From positions 32,001-96,000 of the forward strand of contig CAWAUV010000009.1 in NCBI GenBank assembly GCA_963785305.1: a DNA stretch of 64,000 bases. Direction: 5' to 3'. Source of the DNA: an uncultured Planctomycetaceae bacterium (GTDB taxonomy: Bacteria > Planctomycetota > Planctomycetia > Pirellulales > PALSA-1355). The notes under the pieces are model-generated. The model ran no database searches and was not told where the DNA came from. It worked only from the letters and a program-made list of their open reading frames with translations. Shown piece by piece: positions 33,133 to 42,386 of this stretch. Positions within the stretch are counted from its first letter, which is position 1. Each line of letters begins with the position of its first letter. The translations under genes were made by a program, and so were the position numbers.

Positions 33133-33885
33133 ATGATTCGCAACGCAGAGGCGCCACGCGTCAAGCGCCGTCCGAAGGATTCCAAAGCGTCGCATGTCAA
33201 ACGCAACAAAATCATCCATCGGCTGGTCGGCAACGACCTGATCCAGCGGGTGAGTTACGAGGAATATCGCGACAAAATTCGCGATATTTACGGCGGCCCC
33301 CAGGGGGCGATGCTGGCGGCCTGTAGCTTGGTTTCGCTGCATATTCCGCTGGGCGACAAGCTGCTGCGCAAGCGCAAGTTCGACCTTCGCGGCGTCACGC
33401 GAATCTTGGATGTCGGCAGCGGCGCCGGCCAACTCGCCACCCATGCCCTGAAATACGCCGACCCCGAGTGCGAAATCACCTGCTGCGATCTTTCGCACCA
33501 AATGCTCCGCCGCGCCCGAGCGAGGCTCAAGAACGACCGCCCGAGCTATGTGGCCGGCGATCTGACCCATCTGCCGTTTGCCGATGGCAGCTTCGATTGC
33601 CTGACTTGCGGCTATGTGCTCGAGCATGTGCCCGACCCGCGGGCCGGATTGGCCGAAATGGCCCGGGTGCTCACGCGCGGCGGCCGAATGTTGCTCTTGG
33701 CGACGGAAGACAGTTTCTGGGGCGCCTGGACGAGCCGGTTCTGGTGCTGCCGCACATACAATCGGGCGGAACTGTTTGGCATCTGCCAAGACCTGGGACT
33801 CGTGTGGCGCGATGAACTTTGGTTCACGCGCATGCACAAATTCTTCCGCGCCGGCGGAATTTGTGTCTCGATCGAAAAGGTGTGA
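33133..33885 (+). CDS. Class I SAM-dependent methyltransferase
   Basis: ILDVGSGAG, CDLSHQML, LPFADGSFD, EMARVLTRGG. Confidence 0.9.
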   Translation: MIRNAEAPRVKRRPKDSKASHVKRNKIIHRLVGNDLIQRVSYEEYRDKIRDIYGGPQGAMLAACSLVSLHIPLGDKLLRKRKFDLRGVTRILDVGSGAGQLATHALKYADPECEITCCDLSHQMLRRARARLKNDRPSYVAGDLTHLPFADGSFDCLTCGYVLEHVPDPRAGLAEMARVLTRGGRMLLLATEDSFWGAWTSRFWCCRTYNRAELFGICQDLGLVWRDELWFTRMHKFFRAGGICVSIEKV

Positions 33886-34089
33886 TCCCGCCGTGACCCC
33901 GGCCGCGGAACGAGAGCGATCCGTGCACTTTTTTGCCAAGATACTCATCTAGATCGCGGTTCTGGCCGCCTTCGCGGCAATTTGCGTCGAGCTCGCGGCG
34001 GCATGCTTGCTTCCGGCCGCTGGGCGACGATGGCGCCAAAAGTGACGGGGCTGGCACGGTTGCTTCCTCGCAAAACTTTGCTTTTTCAG

Positions 34090-34118
34090 TTGCAAGTCCC
34101 GCGCGCCGCCCGTACAAT
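34090..34118 (+). promoter_or_regulatory. Sigma70 promoter of the feo operon
   Basis: TTGCAA (34090-34095), 17-bp spacer, TACAAT (34113-34118). Confidence 0.7.
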
Positions 34119-34130
34119 CGGTCAGCCATC

Positions 34131-34145
34131 TGAGATTGAGTCTCA
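34131..34145. promoter_or_regulatory. Fur-box-like 7-1-7 operator
   Basis: TGAGATT-G-AGTCTCA (6 of 7 pairs palindromic), just downstream of the -10 box of an Fe2+ uptake operon. Confidence 0.7.
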
Positions 34146-34260
34146 TTGTGAATAGGCTAGCCGGTTTCGATCCCAGACCGCTTCGCCGAGTGGTCGCGGT
34201 TGTTTGGCCGGCGCCGTTTTCAGCAGCGGTTCGTCGATCACCCCAGCAAGAGTCTCGCCC

Positions 34261-34494
34261 ATGGTCGATTGGATTCCCATGCAAATGCTGCCGCCGGGCC
34301 AATCCGGCGCGGTGCGGCAAGTGTTTGGAGCGCCCGAGGCGGTGCATCGCTTCGAGGAGTTGGGCCTGCGATTTGGGGCCACGGTTGAAATGGTGCGACT
34401 CGGAAGCCCCTGCATCATTCGGTTGGCGGCGCGAGAATTATGTTTTCGCTCCGACGAAGTCAAAGTGCTGGTGCAAATGGGAGCGGCCTCGTGA
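34261..34494 (+). CDS. feoA: Ferrous iron transport protein A
   Basis: HRFEELGLRFGATVEMVRLGSPCIIRL, upstream of feoB. Confidence 0.82.
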   Translation: MVDWIPMQMLPPGQSGAVRQVFGAPEAVHRFEELGLRFGATVEMVRLGSPCIIRLAARELCFRSDEVKVLVQMGAAS

Positions 34495-34733
34495 CGCTGC
34501 TTGCCGAGGCGCTGATCGGTTCGGTCGGCCGCGTGGTCCAAGTCCTGGGCAACGACGATGTGAGCCTGCGGCTCTTGGAAATGGGGGTCACGCCCGGGGC
34601 CGAAGTGCGCGTCGTCGGGGCGGCGCCGCTGGGCGATCCGCTCGAGATCGAAATTCGCGGCTACCGCCTTTCACTCCGCCGCACGGAAGCCGGCCGCGTT
34701 GCAATCGAGTCTCAATCTCCGGCCGCTCGTTAG
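34491..34733 (+). CDS. feoA: Ferrous iron transport protein A (second copy)
   Basis: RLLEMGVTPGAEVRVVGAAPLGDPLEIEIRGYRLSLRRTEA; GTGA overlap with the first copy. Confidence 0.92.
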   Translation: MTLLAEALIGSVGRVVQVLGNDDVSLRLLEMGVTPGAEVRVVGAAPLGDPLEIEIRGYRLSLRRTEAGRVAIESQSPAAR

Positions 34734-34842
34734 CGTCGTGTTCGATGATGCACGTATTCGCCCTTTTTCGCGATTTATTGCTTTTCGACCCACCGCCGCA
34801 TCGAATCCTCGCTCGGGCCCCGGGCCCCTGCGATTTTTTGCC

Positions 34843-37151
34843 ATGAACCAAGCAGCCTCCGAGTCGCCGTGCTGCGTGGCGCTGGTCGGGAACCCGAACA
34901 CCGGCAAATCAACGTTGTTCGGCGCCTTGAGCGGAGTGCGGCAGCGCACTGGCAACTATCCCGGGGTAACGGTCGAAAAAAAGATCGGTCACGCCACGAT
35001 CGAGAGCCGGCGATTCGAATTCATCGACCTACCCGGCTCCTATAGCCTCGCGCCCCGGTCGCTCGATGAAATGGTGGCGGTCGAGGTGCTGCTTGGCCGG
35101 CAAGCCGATTCTCGCCCGGTGGATTGCGTGCTGAGCGTGGTCGACGCCAGCAATCTCGAGCGGAATCTTTATCTGGTCAGCCAAACACTGGCGCTCGGTA
35201 AGCCGGTGGTGGTGGCGCTCAACATGGTCGACGTGGCCGAGAGCCGCGGGGTGCGGGTCGATGTCGAAAAGCTCTCGGCTCGGCTCGGAACGCCGGTTGT
35301 CGCCATTCAGGCCAATAGTCGCCGCGGCTTGGATGCGCTGCGGCAAGCGCTGCTGGAAGCCGCGACCCAGGGCAAGCGTCCGGCGGCGTGCGATCCCTTC
35401 CCCACGGCATTTCGCCAGGAAGTCGATGCGCTCGAGCGGTCGCTGCAAACCATGCCGCTCGGCGAGGCCGCGGCGGAGTTTATCCAGTCCAACGGCGATC
35501 CCGCGAATTCAAAAAGCGATCCCGCTTTACACGGCCCCTTGCCTCGATATCTGGTCGAGCGGCTGCTGCTCGACACGTCGAATTACCTTCAAGAACATCT
35601 CGTTCAATGGCCGGCGCGAGCAACTCACGCCGCTGCTCGATGCGGCGCGGCAGCGCTTGGCGGCGGCCGGAGCGCCAGTTCCGGCGGTCGAGGCCATGGC
35701 CCGCTACGAATGGCTGGCTTCTGTGCTCGAGGGCGTGGTGACGCGTCCCTCGACTGCGCCGCGTGACGGCGACCGACCGGATCGATCGCGTGCTCACGCA
35801 TCGAGTGTGGGGTTTGCTGTTTTTCATGCTGATGATGCTGATCGTGTTCACGAGCGTGTTCGTGGTGGCCCAGCCGGCGATGGACGCAATCAGCGACACG
35901 GTCGACGCGCTGGCCGGTCTCTGCGCCGAGGCGCTGCCCGAGGGCATGCTCCGCTCGCTGGTGGTGAAGGGAATTTTGGGCGGCGTGGGCGGAGTGCTGG
36001 TGTTTTTGCCGCAGATTCTGATTTTGTTCTTCTTCATCGCCGTGCTCGAGGATTGCGGCTACATGGCCCGCGCCGCGTATCTGATGGATCGATTGATGAC
36101 GCCGCTGGGGCTGAGCGGAAAGTCGTTTATTCCGCTGCTCTCTTCGTTTGCTTGCGCGGTGCCGGGAATCATGGCCACGCGGGTGCTCGAGAATCGCCGC
36201 GATCGGATCACCACGATCCTTGTCGCTCCGCTGATGAGTTGCAGTGCCCGGCTGCCGGTGTATCTGATTCTGATCGAAGCGTTCATTCCCGAGCGTTCGT
36301 GGCTGTTTGGCCTCGTGCGGCTGCATGGGCTCACGCTGATGGGCATGTATTTGGTGGGCATCGTGGTCGCGGCCGGAGTGTCGCTGGCGCTGAAGCGCAC
36401 TTTGCTGCGCGGTCCAACGCCGCCCTTCGTGTTGGAGCTGCCGACCTACAAACTGCCCGAGGCGCGGCATGTGTTGTACCGGATGTTCGAGCGCGGCTGG
36501 CTGTTCGTGCATCGAGCAGGCACGACGATTCTCGCGGTGACGATCCTGGTGTGGGCCGCGGGCTATTTTCCCCACGACAGCGCCGCGATCGAAGCGCCCT
36601 TCGCCGAGCGCATCGCCGCGCTCGATGCCCGCGCGGCCGAGGCGCCGGCCAATGACGCCAAGACCCAGGACCAGATCGCCCATGCGCGGGCCGAGATCAA
36701 CAATCAAATCGCCGCCGAATATCAGCGTCAGAGCTACCTGGGTCGCATGGGTCATTGGATCGAGCCGGCGGTCCGCCCGCTGGGCTGGGACTGGCGAATC
36801 GGCTCGGCCGTGATCGCGTCGTTTCCGGCCCGCGAGGTGGTGGTGGGCGTGCTCGGCGTGATTTACGATCTGGGCGAAAGCCTCAAGGCGGAGTCCGAGG
36901 GCGATCGCGGGAAGCTCGTCGCCCAGTTGCGCAATGCCCGCTGGGACCAGACCGGGCTACCGGTCTACAATGTGCCGGTGGCGCTATCGATCATGGTGTT
37001 TTTCGCGCTCTGCTGCCAATGCGCGTCGACCCTGGCGGTAATACGCCGCGAGACGAATAGCTGGACCTGGCCGGCGTTTAGCTTCGGCTACATGACGCTC
37101 CTGGCCTATCTGGCGGCGCTGGCCGTTTATCAAATCGGCTCACGCTTGTAA
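34843..37151 (+). CDS. feoB: Ferrous iron transport protein B (frameshifts near 35610 and 35762)
   Basis: GNPNTGKS, GNYPGVTVEKK, DLPGSYSL, LNMVD; membrane domain LEDCGYMARAA, CSARLPVY, PFVLELPTY. The linker lies in a third frame. Confidence 0.95.
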
Positions 37152-37539
37152 GGGCCCCTGGAAGGTAATCGTAAGGGCGGTATTTCATGGGGCCCGCGGC
37201 TCAATCCCCCCTTCGGCGTTGGGCCGTGCGCTCGGTGAGAGCGCTTGTCGTGGTTATGCCGGTGAGATAGAGTTTCTCCCACGAGGCGCGCGGCGCCGCA
37301 TTATTGCCCTGGGCAAACGCGAATCCCCTCGCGGTGGCGGTGGTCAAACGCGGTTTTCGGGCTCGCCCACCAACCGGATTGGGGGAGTCGGATCGCCAGG
37401 CAAGAGTCGCTCGGCGTAGGGTATAATTTCCAGGCCGCGTCGAGTCGGCGGAGGCGAAACATGGGGGCGAGGTGTTCGGCGCGCGAGTCCGAACGGGTTT
37501 CGATAGATCGAGTCGGAGGCGGGCTGAAAGGCTTGGGGC

Positions 37540-38204
37540 ATGACACGCATCATTCAAGGGGTGGTCGATTTTCAGAAAAAAGTCTTCGGCCCGATGCAGG
37601 AGTTGTTCGAGGATTTAAAGGGCGGCCAACAACCGCTCGCGCTATTCATCACCTGTAGCGACTCGCGGATTAATCCTAATCTGCTGACGCAAACCAATCC
37701 GGGCGAGCTGTTTGTATTGCGCAATGCCGGCAACATCATTCCCCCGCCGGGCTCGACCACCGGTGGCGAAGCGGCCACGATTCAATACGCCGTCGAGCGT
37801 TTGAATGTGCGCGACATTATCTTGTGTGGCCATTCGCAGTGCGGCGCCATGCAAGGACTGCTCGCGCCCGAGGCGGTGGCCGATCTGCCCGGCGTGGTCG
37901 AGTGGCTGCGAATTGCGGATCCGGCGCTGGCCCGCGCAAGGCGGCGATGCCCGAGGCGTCTCCGGCCCAGTTGCTCTCGGCGGTGATCGAGCAAAACGTG
38001 CTTTTGCAAGCCGAGCATTTGGCAAGCTATCCGGAAGTGAGCGGTCGCGTGGCCAAGGGCGAAATGCGATTGCATTCGTGGATTTATCATTTTGAAAATG
38101 GATCGGTCACCGCTTACGACCCGAGCGAGCAGCGCTTCGCGCCGCTGGCCGAAGCGACGCGCGGCAAATTCTTGCCGCCGATAAATGACTCGGACAAAGC
38201 GTGA
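37540..38204 (+). CDS. Beta-class carbonic anhydrase (frameshift near 37937)
   Basis: Zn ligands CSDSR and CGHSQCGAM, PGELFVLRNAGN. C-terminal EQNVLLQAEHL...LHSWIYHFENG lies in the next frame. Confidence 0.93.
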
Positions 38205-38228
38205 AGACGCCTTTCCTGCGAGCTGCGC

Positions 38229-41036
38229 ATGCCTGCGGACCCCGCGAGCGAAGCCTGTTTCGGCGCCAATGAAGTTCGCGCGCTCCAGAGCGGCGAGTTG
38301 CATCCCGAGCGGCGCGAAAAGCTGCTGCGCCACGCCGCCCTGTGCGAGCCTTGCCGCAAGCAATTGGCCGAAGCCGGCCTAGGGAAAACCAACGCGAACA
38401 CGCTCGGCGCAATCGCGGGAGCGAACACCGGCGGCTTTCAAACCGCCGCGGCGCCATCGGCCTCGACGCCATCGGCCACGCATCGAACCCCGAATCGCGA
38501 GCACGACTCCCCCGCTGATTCGCCAGCGCCCATCGAATCGCCCGCCTCCCACGGGCGGTCGACACCGGTTCACTTGGCGCCCACGGTCGATGCGCCCTCG
38601 AGCCCCGCGGCCGGTCGCGACGATCGGATGTATCCGTTTCTCGATCCGCCCGAGCGCCAGGGCGAGCTCGGCCGCTTGGGCGGTTATCGCATTCTTCGCG
38701 TGCTCGGCCAGGGCGGCATGGGAATCGTGTTCGAGGCGAGCGACGACTTGCTCGGGCGCCGGGTGGCGATCAAAGTGCTGCGTCAAGAAGAGACCGACGA
38801 ATCGCACACGCGCCGCTTTTTGCAGGAGGCGCGGCTCGCCGCCTCGCTGCCGCACGACCGGATTGTCACGATCCACCAGGTCGGTCAACAACCTTGTCCT
38901 TATATCGTGATGGAACTGCTCGAAGGCGAAACGCTCGACGATCGCCTGACACGCGAGGGCCGCTTGCCTCTGGCCGAGACATTACGGATTTCCCGCGAAG
39001 TGGCCGAAGGGCTCGAGGTGGCCCATGCCAAGCGGCTGGTGCATCGCGATATCAAGCCGGCCAATGTGTTCTTGGAAAATGCCCAGGGCGGCCCGACTGG
39101 CGGGCGCGTGAAGGTGCTCGACTTCGGCGTGGCGCGGCCGATCGTGTCGAGCGAGAATCTCACGATGCAAGGTCGCGTGGTCGGCACTCCGGGCTATATG
39201 AGTCCCGAGCAGGCGTGCGGCTTCTCGGCCGATGGCCGCTCCGATCTGTTTGCCCTGGGCTGCCTGATGTATGCGATGCTCGATGGCGCCACGCCCTTCG
39301 ACCGCACTTCGGACATCGCCACGCTGCATGCGGTGGTGCGCGACGAGCCGCCGAGCATTCGCGAGAAACATCCCGATGTGCCGGCGGCGGTGGCCAAGCT
39401 GGTCGATAGCCTCCTGGCCAAGAGCCCGCTCGATCGGCCGGCCGACGCGCGGAGCGTGGTCGAGGCGATCGAGCTGATCGAACGTCAAGCCGGTCCGGCG
39501 CCGGCGGGACGGCAAAACTCGCCCCGCTCGCACATGCGAATGGCGTGGTCCCGCAAAAAAAAGTTTGGCTGGAGCGCCGCGAGCGGAGTGGCGACCATTG
39601 CCCTCGCGCTACTGGTCGGGCTCTGGTATCAATGGCACGATTTCAAAAGCACGGTCGCGGGCTCCTCGGCCGATCCGACCGGCGTTCCGGGCGAGCCGGT
39701 CGTGCTCGCGCCAGCCGAAGGCGGCGCCGCGTCGGGCACGCCGGCGAATCCGACGCCCGCCGCTTCGGTTCCCGGCGCATCGACATTCGCGGGCCCATCG
39801 TCCACCGGCCCGACAGCCGCGGCGCCGAAACCGGGCCTGCCGCCGATCAAGATCGGCATCTTGCTCTCGCTCTCGGGCGTGATGCGCGCGAGCGAGCGCC
39901 CGTTGCTCGACGCAATGTTGCTCGCGGTCGAGGAGATCAACGCGGCGGGCGGGCTCTTGGGCGGGCGAGCCGTCGAGCCGCTGTGGCGCGATGGTCAATC
40001 GCGCGACGCCAAATTCGCCGCCGAGGCCCAGGACCTCGTCGAGCACGAACAGGTCGTCACTCTCTTCGGCTGCTGGCGTTCGCCCTCGCGCAAAATGGTG
40101 GAAGCCGTCTGCCGGGCTCACGACAATCTGCTCGTGTTTCCACTGACCTACGAAGGGCTCGAGGAATCGCCCTATGTGATCTATATGGGCGGTGCGCCAA
40201 ATCAACAACTGCTGCCCGCCGCCAAGTTTGCTTATGCCCACTTGGGCAAGCGAAAGTTCTTCCTCGTCGGCGCCGAAGGCATTTATTCCCATGCTTCCCA
40301 TGAAATCCTGCGCGACGAGCTCACTTCGCTCGGTGGCGAGGTCGTGGGCGACGAGCATGTGAGCCTCGGAAGCACCCACTTCATGCCCGTGGCCGAACGG
40401 ATCAAAGCCACGGGCGCCGATTGCGTGATGTGTACCGTGAGCGGCTCCGGCAACTTCGCGTTGTTTCATTGCCTCGACGCCGCTGGAATCACCATGCCGC
40501 AAGTGGCCGTGATTTCGTTTCGCTTGACCGAAGACGATCTGCGCGGCTTGGCCCAAGAGCATATCGTGGGCGCGTATGCCGCTTGGAGCTATTTTCAAAG
40601 CGGCTCGATCGAAGCCAACCAGCAATTTATTCGGCGGTTTCGCGATCGCTACGGGCCCGACCGCGTGGTGAACGATCCGATGGAAGCGGCCTACAACGGA
40701 GTGCGACTTTGGGCCGAAGCGGTCACGGCGGCGCGCTCGGACAAAACGCCCGAGATCCGTCGCGCGTTTGTCGCGCAGCGCCGCGAGGCGCCCGAGGGTC
40801 TGGTGACGCTCTCGGCGAGCAATCGCCACGCGGCCCGCCTGGCGCTGATTGGGCAGGTCGACGAATCGCTTGAATTCGATGTGGTGTGGAACAGCCCGAA
40901 ACCGATTCCGCCCGAGCCGTTTCCGAGCTCGCGCACTCGGGCCCAGTGGGAAGCATGGCTCGAACAGTTCGAGAGCCGCAAATTCCCGGCCGAAAGCGCC
41001 GACGACCCCAACCCGCGTGAAAGCCTGGCGCCGTGA
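38229..41036 (+). CDS. Ser/Thr protein kinase fused via a TM helix to an UrtA/AmiC-like periplasmic binding domain
   Basis: N-terminal HxxxCxxC; intact LGQGGMG, VAIK, HRDIKPAN, DFG and GTPGYMSPEQ; TM GVATIALALLVGLWY; SBP motifs EEINAAGGLLG, GCWRSPSRK, YEGLEESP, GGAPNQQ, DPMEAAY. Confidence 0.9.
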   Translation: MPADPASEACFGANEVRALQSGELHPERREKLLRHAALCEPCRKQLAEAGLGKTNANTLGAIAGANTGGFQTAAAPSASTPSATHRTPNREHDSPADSPAPIESPASHGRSTPVHLAPTVDAPSSPAAGRDDRMYPFLDPPERQGELGRLGGYRILRVLGQGGMGIVFEASDDLLGRRVAIKVLRQEETDESHTRRFLQEARLAASLPHDRIVTIHQVGQQPCPYIVMELLEGETLDDRLTREGRLPLAETLRISREVAEGLEVAHAKRLVHRDIKPANVFLENAQGGPTGGRVKVLDFGVARPIVSSENLTMQGRVVGTPGYMSPEQACGFSADGRSDLFALGCLMYAMLDGATPFDRTSDIATLHAVVRDEPPSIREKHPDVPAAVAKLVDSLLAKSPLDRPADARSVVEAIELIERQAGPAPAGRQNSPRSHMRMAWSRKKKFGWSAASGVATIALALLVGLWYQWHDFKSTVAGSSADPTGVPGEPVVLAPAEGGAASGTPANPTPAASVPGASTFAGPSSTGPTAAAPKPGLPPIKIGILLSLSGVMRASERPLLDAMLLAVEEINAAGGLLGGRAVEPLWRDGQSRDAKFAAEAQDLVEHEQVVTLFGCWRSPSRKMVEAVCRAHDNLLVFPLTYEGLEESPYVIYMGGAPNQQLLPAAKFAYAHLGKRKFFLVGAEGIYSHASHEILRDELTSLGGEVVGDEHVSLGSTHFMPVAERIKATGADCVMCTVSGSGNFALFHCLDAAGITMPQVAVISFRLTEDDLRGLAQEHIVGAYAAWSYFQSGSIEANQQFIRRFRDRYGPDRVVNDPMEAAYNGVRLWAEAVTAARSDKTPEIRRAFVAQRREAPEGLVTLSASNRHAARLALIGQVDESLEFDVVWNSPKPIPPEPFPSSRTRAQWEAWLEQFESRKFPAESADDPNPRESLAP

Positions 41037-41986
41037 TCGAATATTCGCGAAAAAGCTGGTGGCGCGTGACGCTCTCGCTCCACGGCACGGTGCTCCCGAA
41101 TGTGCTCGGGCGCGTTGGGCTTTTGACCGGCTTTAGTCTCGCGCTGTGCGTGCTCAACGACCGCGTGCTCGAACACTACGGCTACGCGTTGCCGGCCCTC
41201 GACCAATTGGGCCACACGGTGCTCGGCGTGGCGCTGGGCATGCTCATTTCCTCTCGCACCACGGCCTCGATCAATCGCTACTGGGAAGGCCGGCAATGCT
41301 GGGGAGCGATCGTCAACGCCTCGCGCAATCTCGCGCGGCTGGGCGCGATGTATGCTCCGCCGGCCGAAGAGCTCGCCGGCTTGATTTCCGCTTATTGCAT
41401 TTTGGTGCGAGATAACCTGCGCCGCTCGAGCCGCTCCGCCCCCGCGAGCCAGAGCGACCCCCGCTTGAATAGCCCGAACGCGCCCCGATGGAACGGCGCG
41501 GGCTGGGCGGGCGAAATCGAGAAGTTCGTCTCGCTGCCGGTGGCCGAGCGCGTGCTCGCCGCGGCGAGTCCACCGACGATGCTCGCGAAGTCGATCAGCG
41601 CCTGGATCAACGCCCGGCGCCGCGCCGGCGCGCTTGATTCGATCCAAGCAATGACGCTCGAAGGGGAGCTCAATCGGCTGGTCGACAATCAGGGCGGCTG
41701 CGAACGCATTCAAAAGACGCCGCTGCCGTTCGTATACGCCGCGCTCATCAAGCAAGTGCTGATGCTCTATCTCTTCACGCTGCCCTTGGTGCTGGTGGCC
41801 AAGATGGGCTTCGCCGCGCCGCTGGTGGTGGCGGTGGTGGCGCTGGGCATGCTGGGCATCGAAGAAGCGGGCGTCGAAGTCGAAGACCCCTTCGGCACGG
41901 AGCCGAACAGCCTGCCGCTCGAAGACATCTGCGCCACGATCGCCCGCGATGCCCAAGCCCTGGCGACCCCGGAGCGGGGAGCCTAA
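41033..41986 (+). CDS. Bestrophin-family ion channel (YneE-like)
   Basis: RYWEGRQCWGAIVNASRNL, GGCERIQKTPLPFVY, GIEEAGVEVEDPFG..NSLPLEDIC. GTGA overlap with the kinase stop. Confidence 0.92.
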   Translation: MIEYSRKSWWRVTLSLHGTVLPNVLGRVGLLTGFSLALCVLNDRVLEHYGYALPALDQLGHTVLGVALGMLISSRTTASINRYWEGRQCWGAIVNASRNLARLGAMYAPPAEELAGLISAYCILVRDNLRRSSRSAPASQSDPRLNSPNAPRWNGAGWAGEIEKFVSLPVAERVLAAASPPTMLAKSISAWINARRRAGALDSIQAMTLEGELNRLVDNQGGCERIQKTPLPFVYAALIKQVLMLYLFTLPLVLVAKMGFAAPLVVAVVALGMLGIEEAGVEVEDPFGTEPNSLPLEDICATIARDAQALATPERGA

Positions 41987-42011
41987 CTGCTAGGATTGTG
42001 CGCGGATATCC

Positions 42012-42386
42012 ATGAACACACCGAATGCGATCATCGTGTTTCTGCTTGGCGTAATCGCCGTTGCGGCCGGCGCACCCGCGATCCGCCTCGAACTTGGGGC
42101 TGCGTGGTCGTTGATTTATGCTTGCATAACGACGGGCACGGTACATTTGCTAATTACAAGGGATTTCGTATGTAATCCGGCGCCGGGCCCATGCGCGAGA
42201 ATAATATTTCGAGTGATCGACGCGCTATGGGTAGGGGCCATTTTCGGCGCCGTCATCTGGATCGCCAACCTTCTCCCAGGCGGAGAAGGATTTAGTGGCG
42301 CTGGTCGGCGGCGGGGCGGGTGGCTTGAAGGTCGTCGGAGAGGCCGAAGGCGAGGAGGAATTGGTCGGTGCGATCGGTCTTATTGA
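42012..42386 (+). CDS. Hypothetical membrane protein
   Basis: Three hydrophobic segments, AT-richer than flanks. The 3' end overlaps the convergent gene, so the stop is uncertain. Confidence 0.45.
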   Translation: MNTPNAIIVFLLGVIAVAAGAPAIRLELGAAWSLIYACITTGTVHLLITRDFVCNPAPGPCARIIFRVIDALWVGAIFGAVIWIANLLPGGEGFSGAGRRRGGWLEGRRRGRRRGGIGRCDRSY

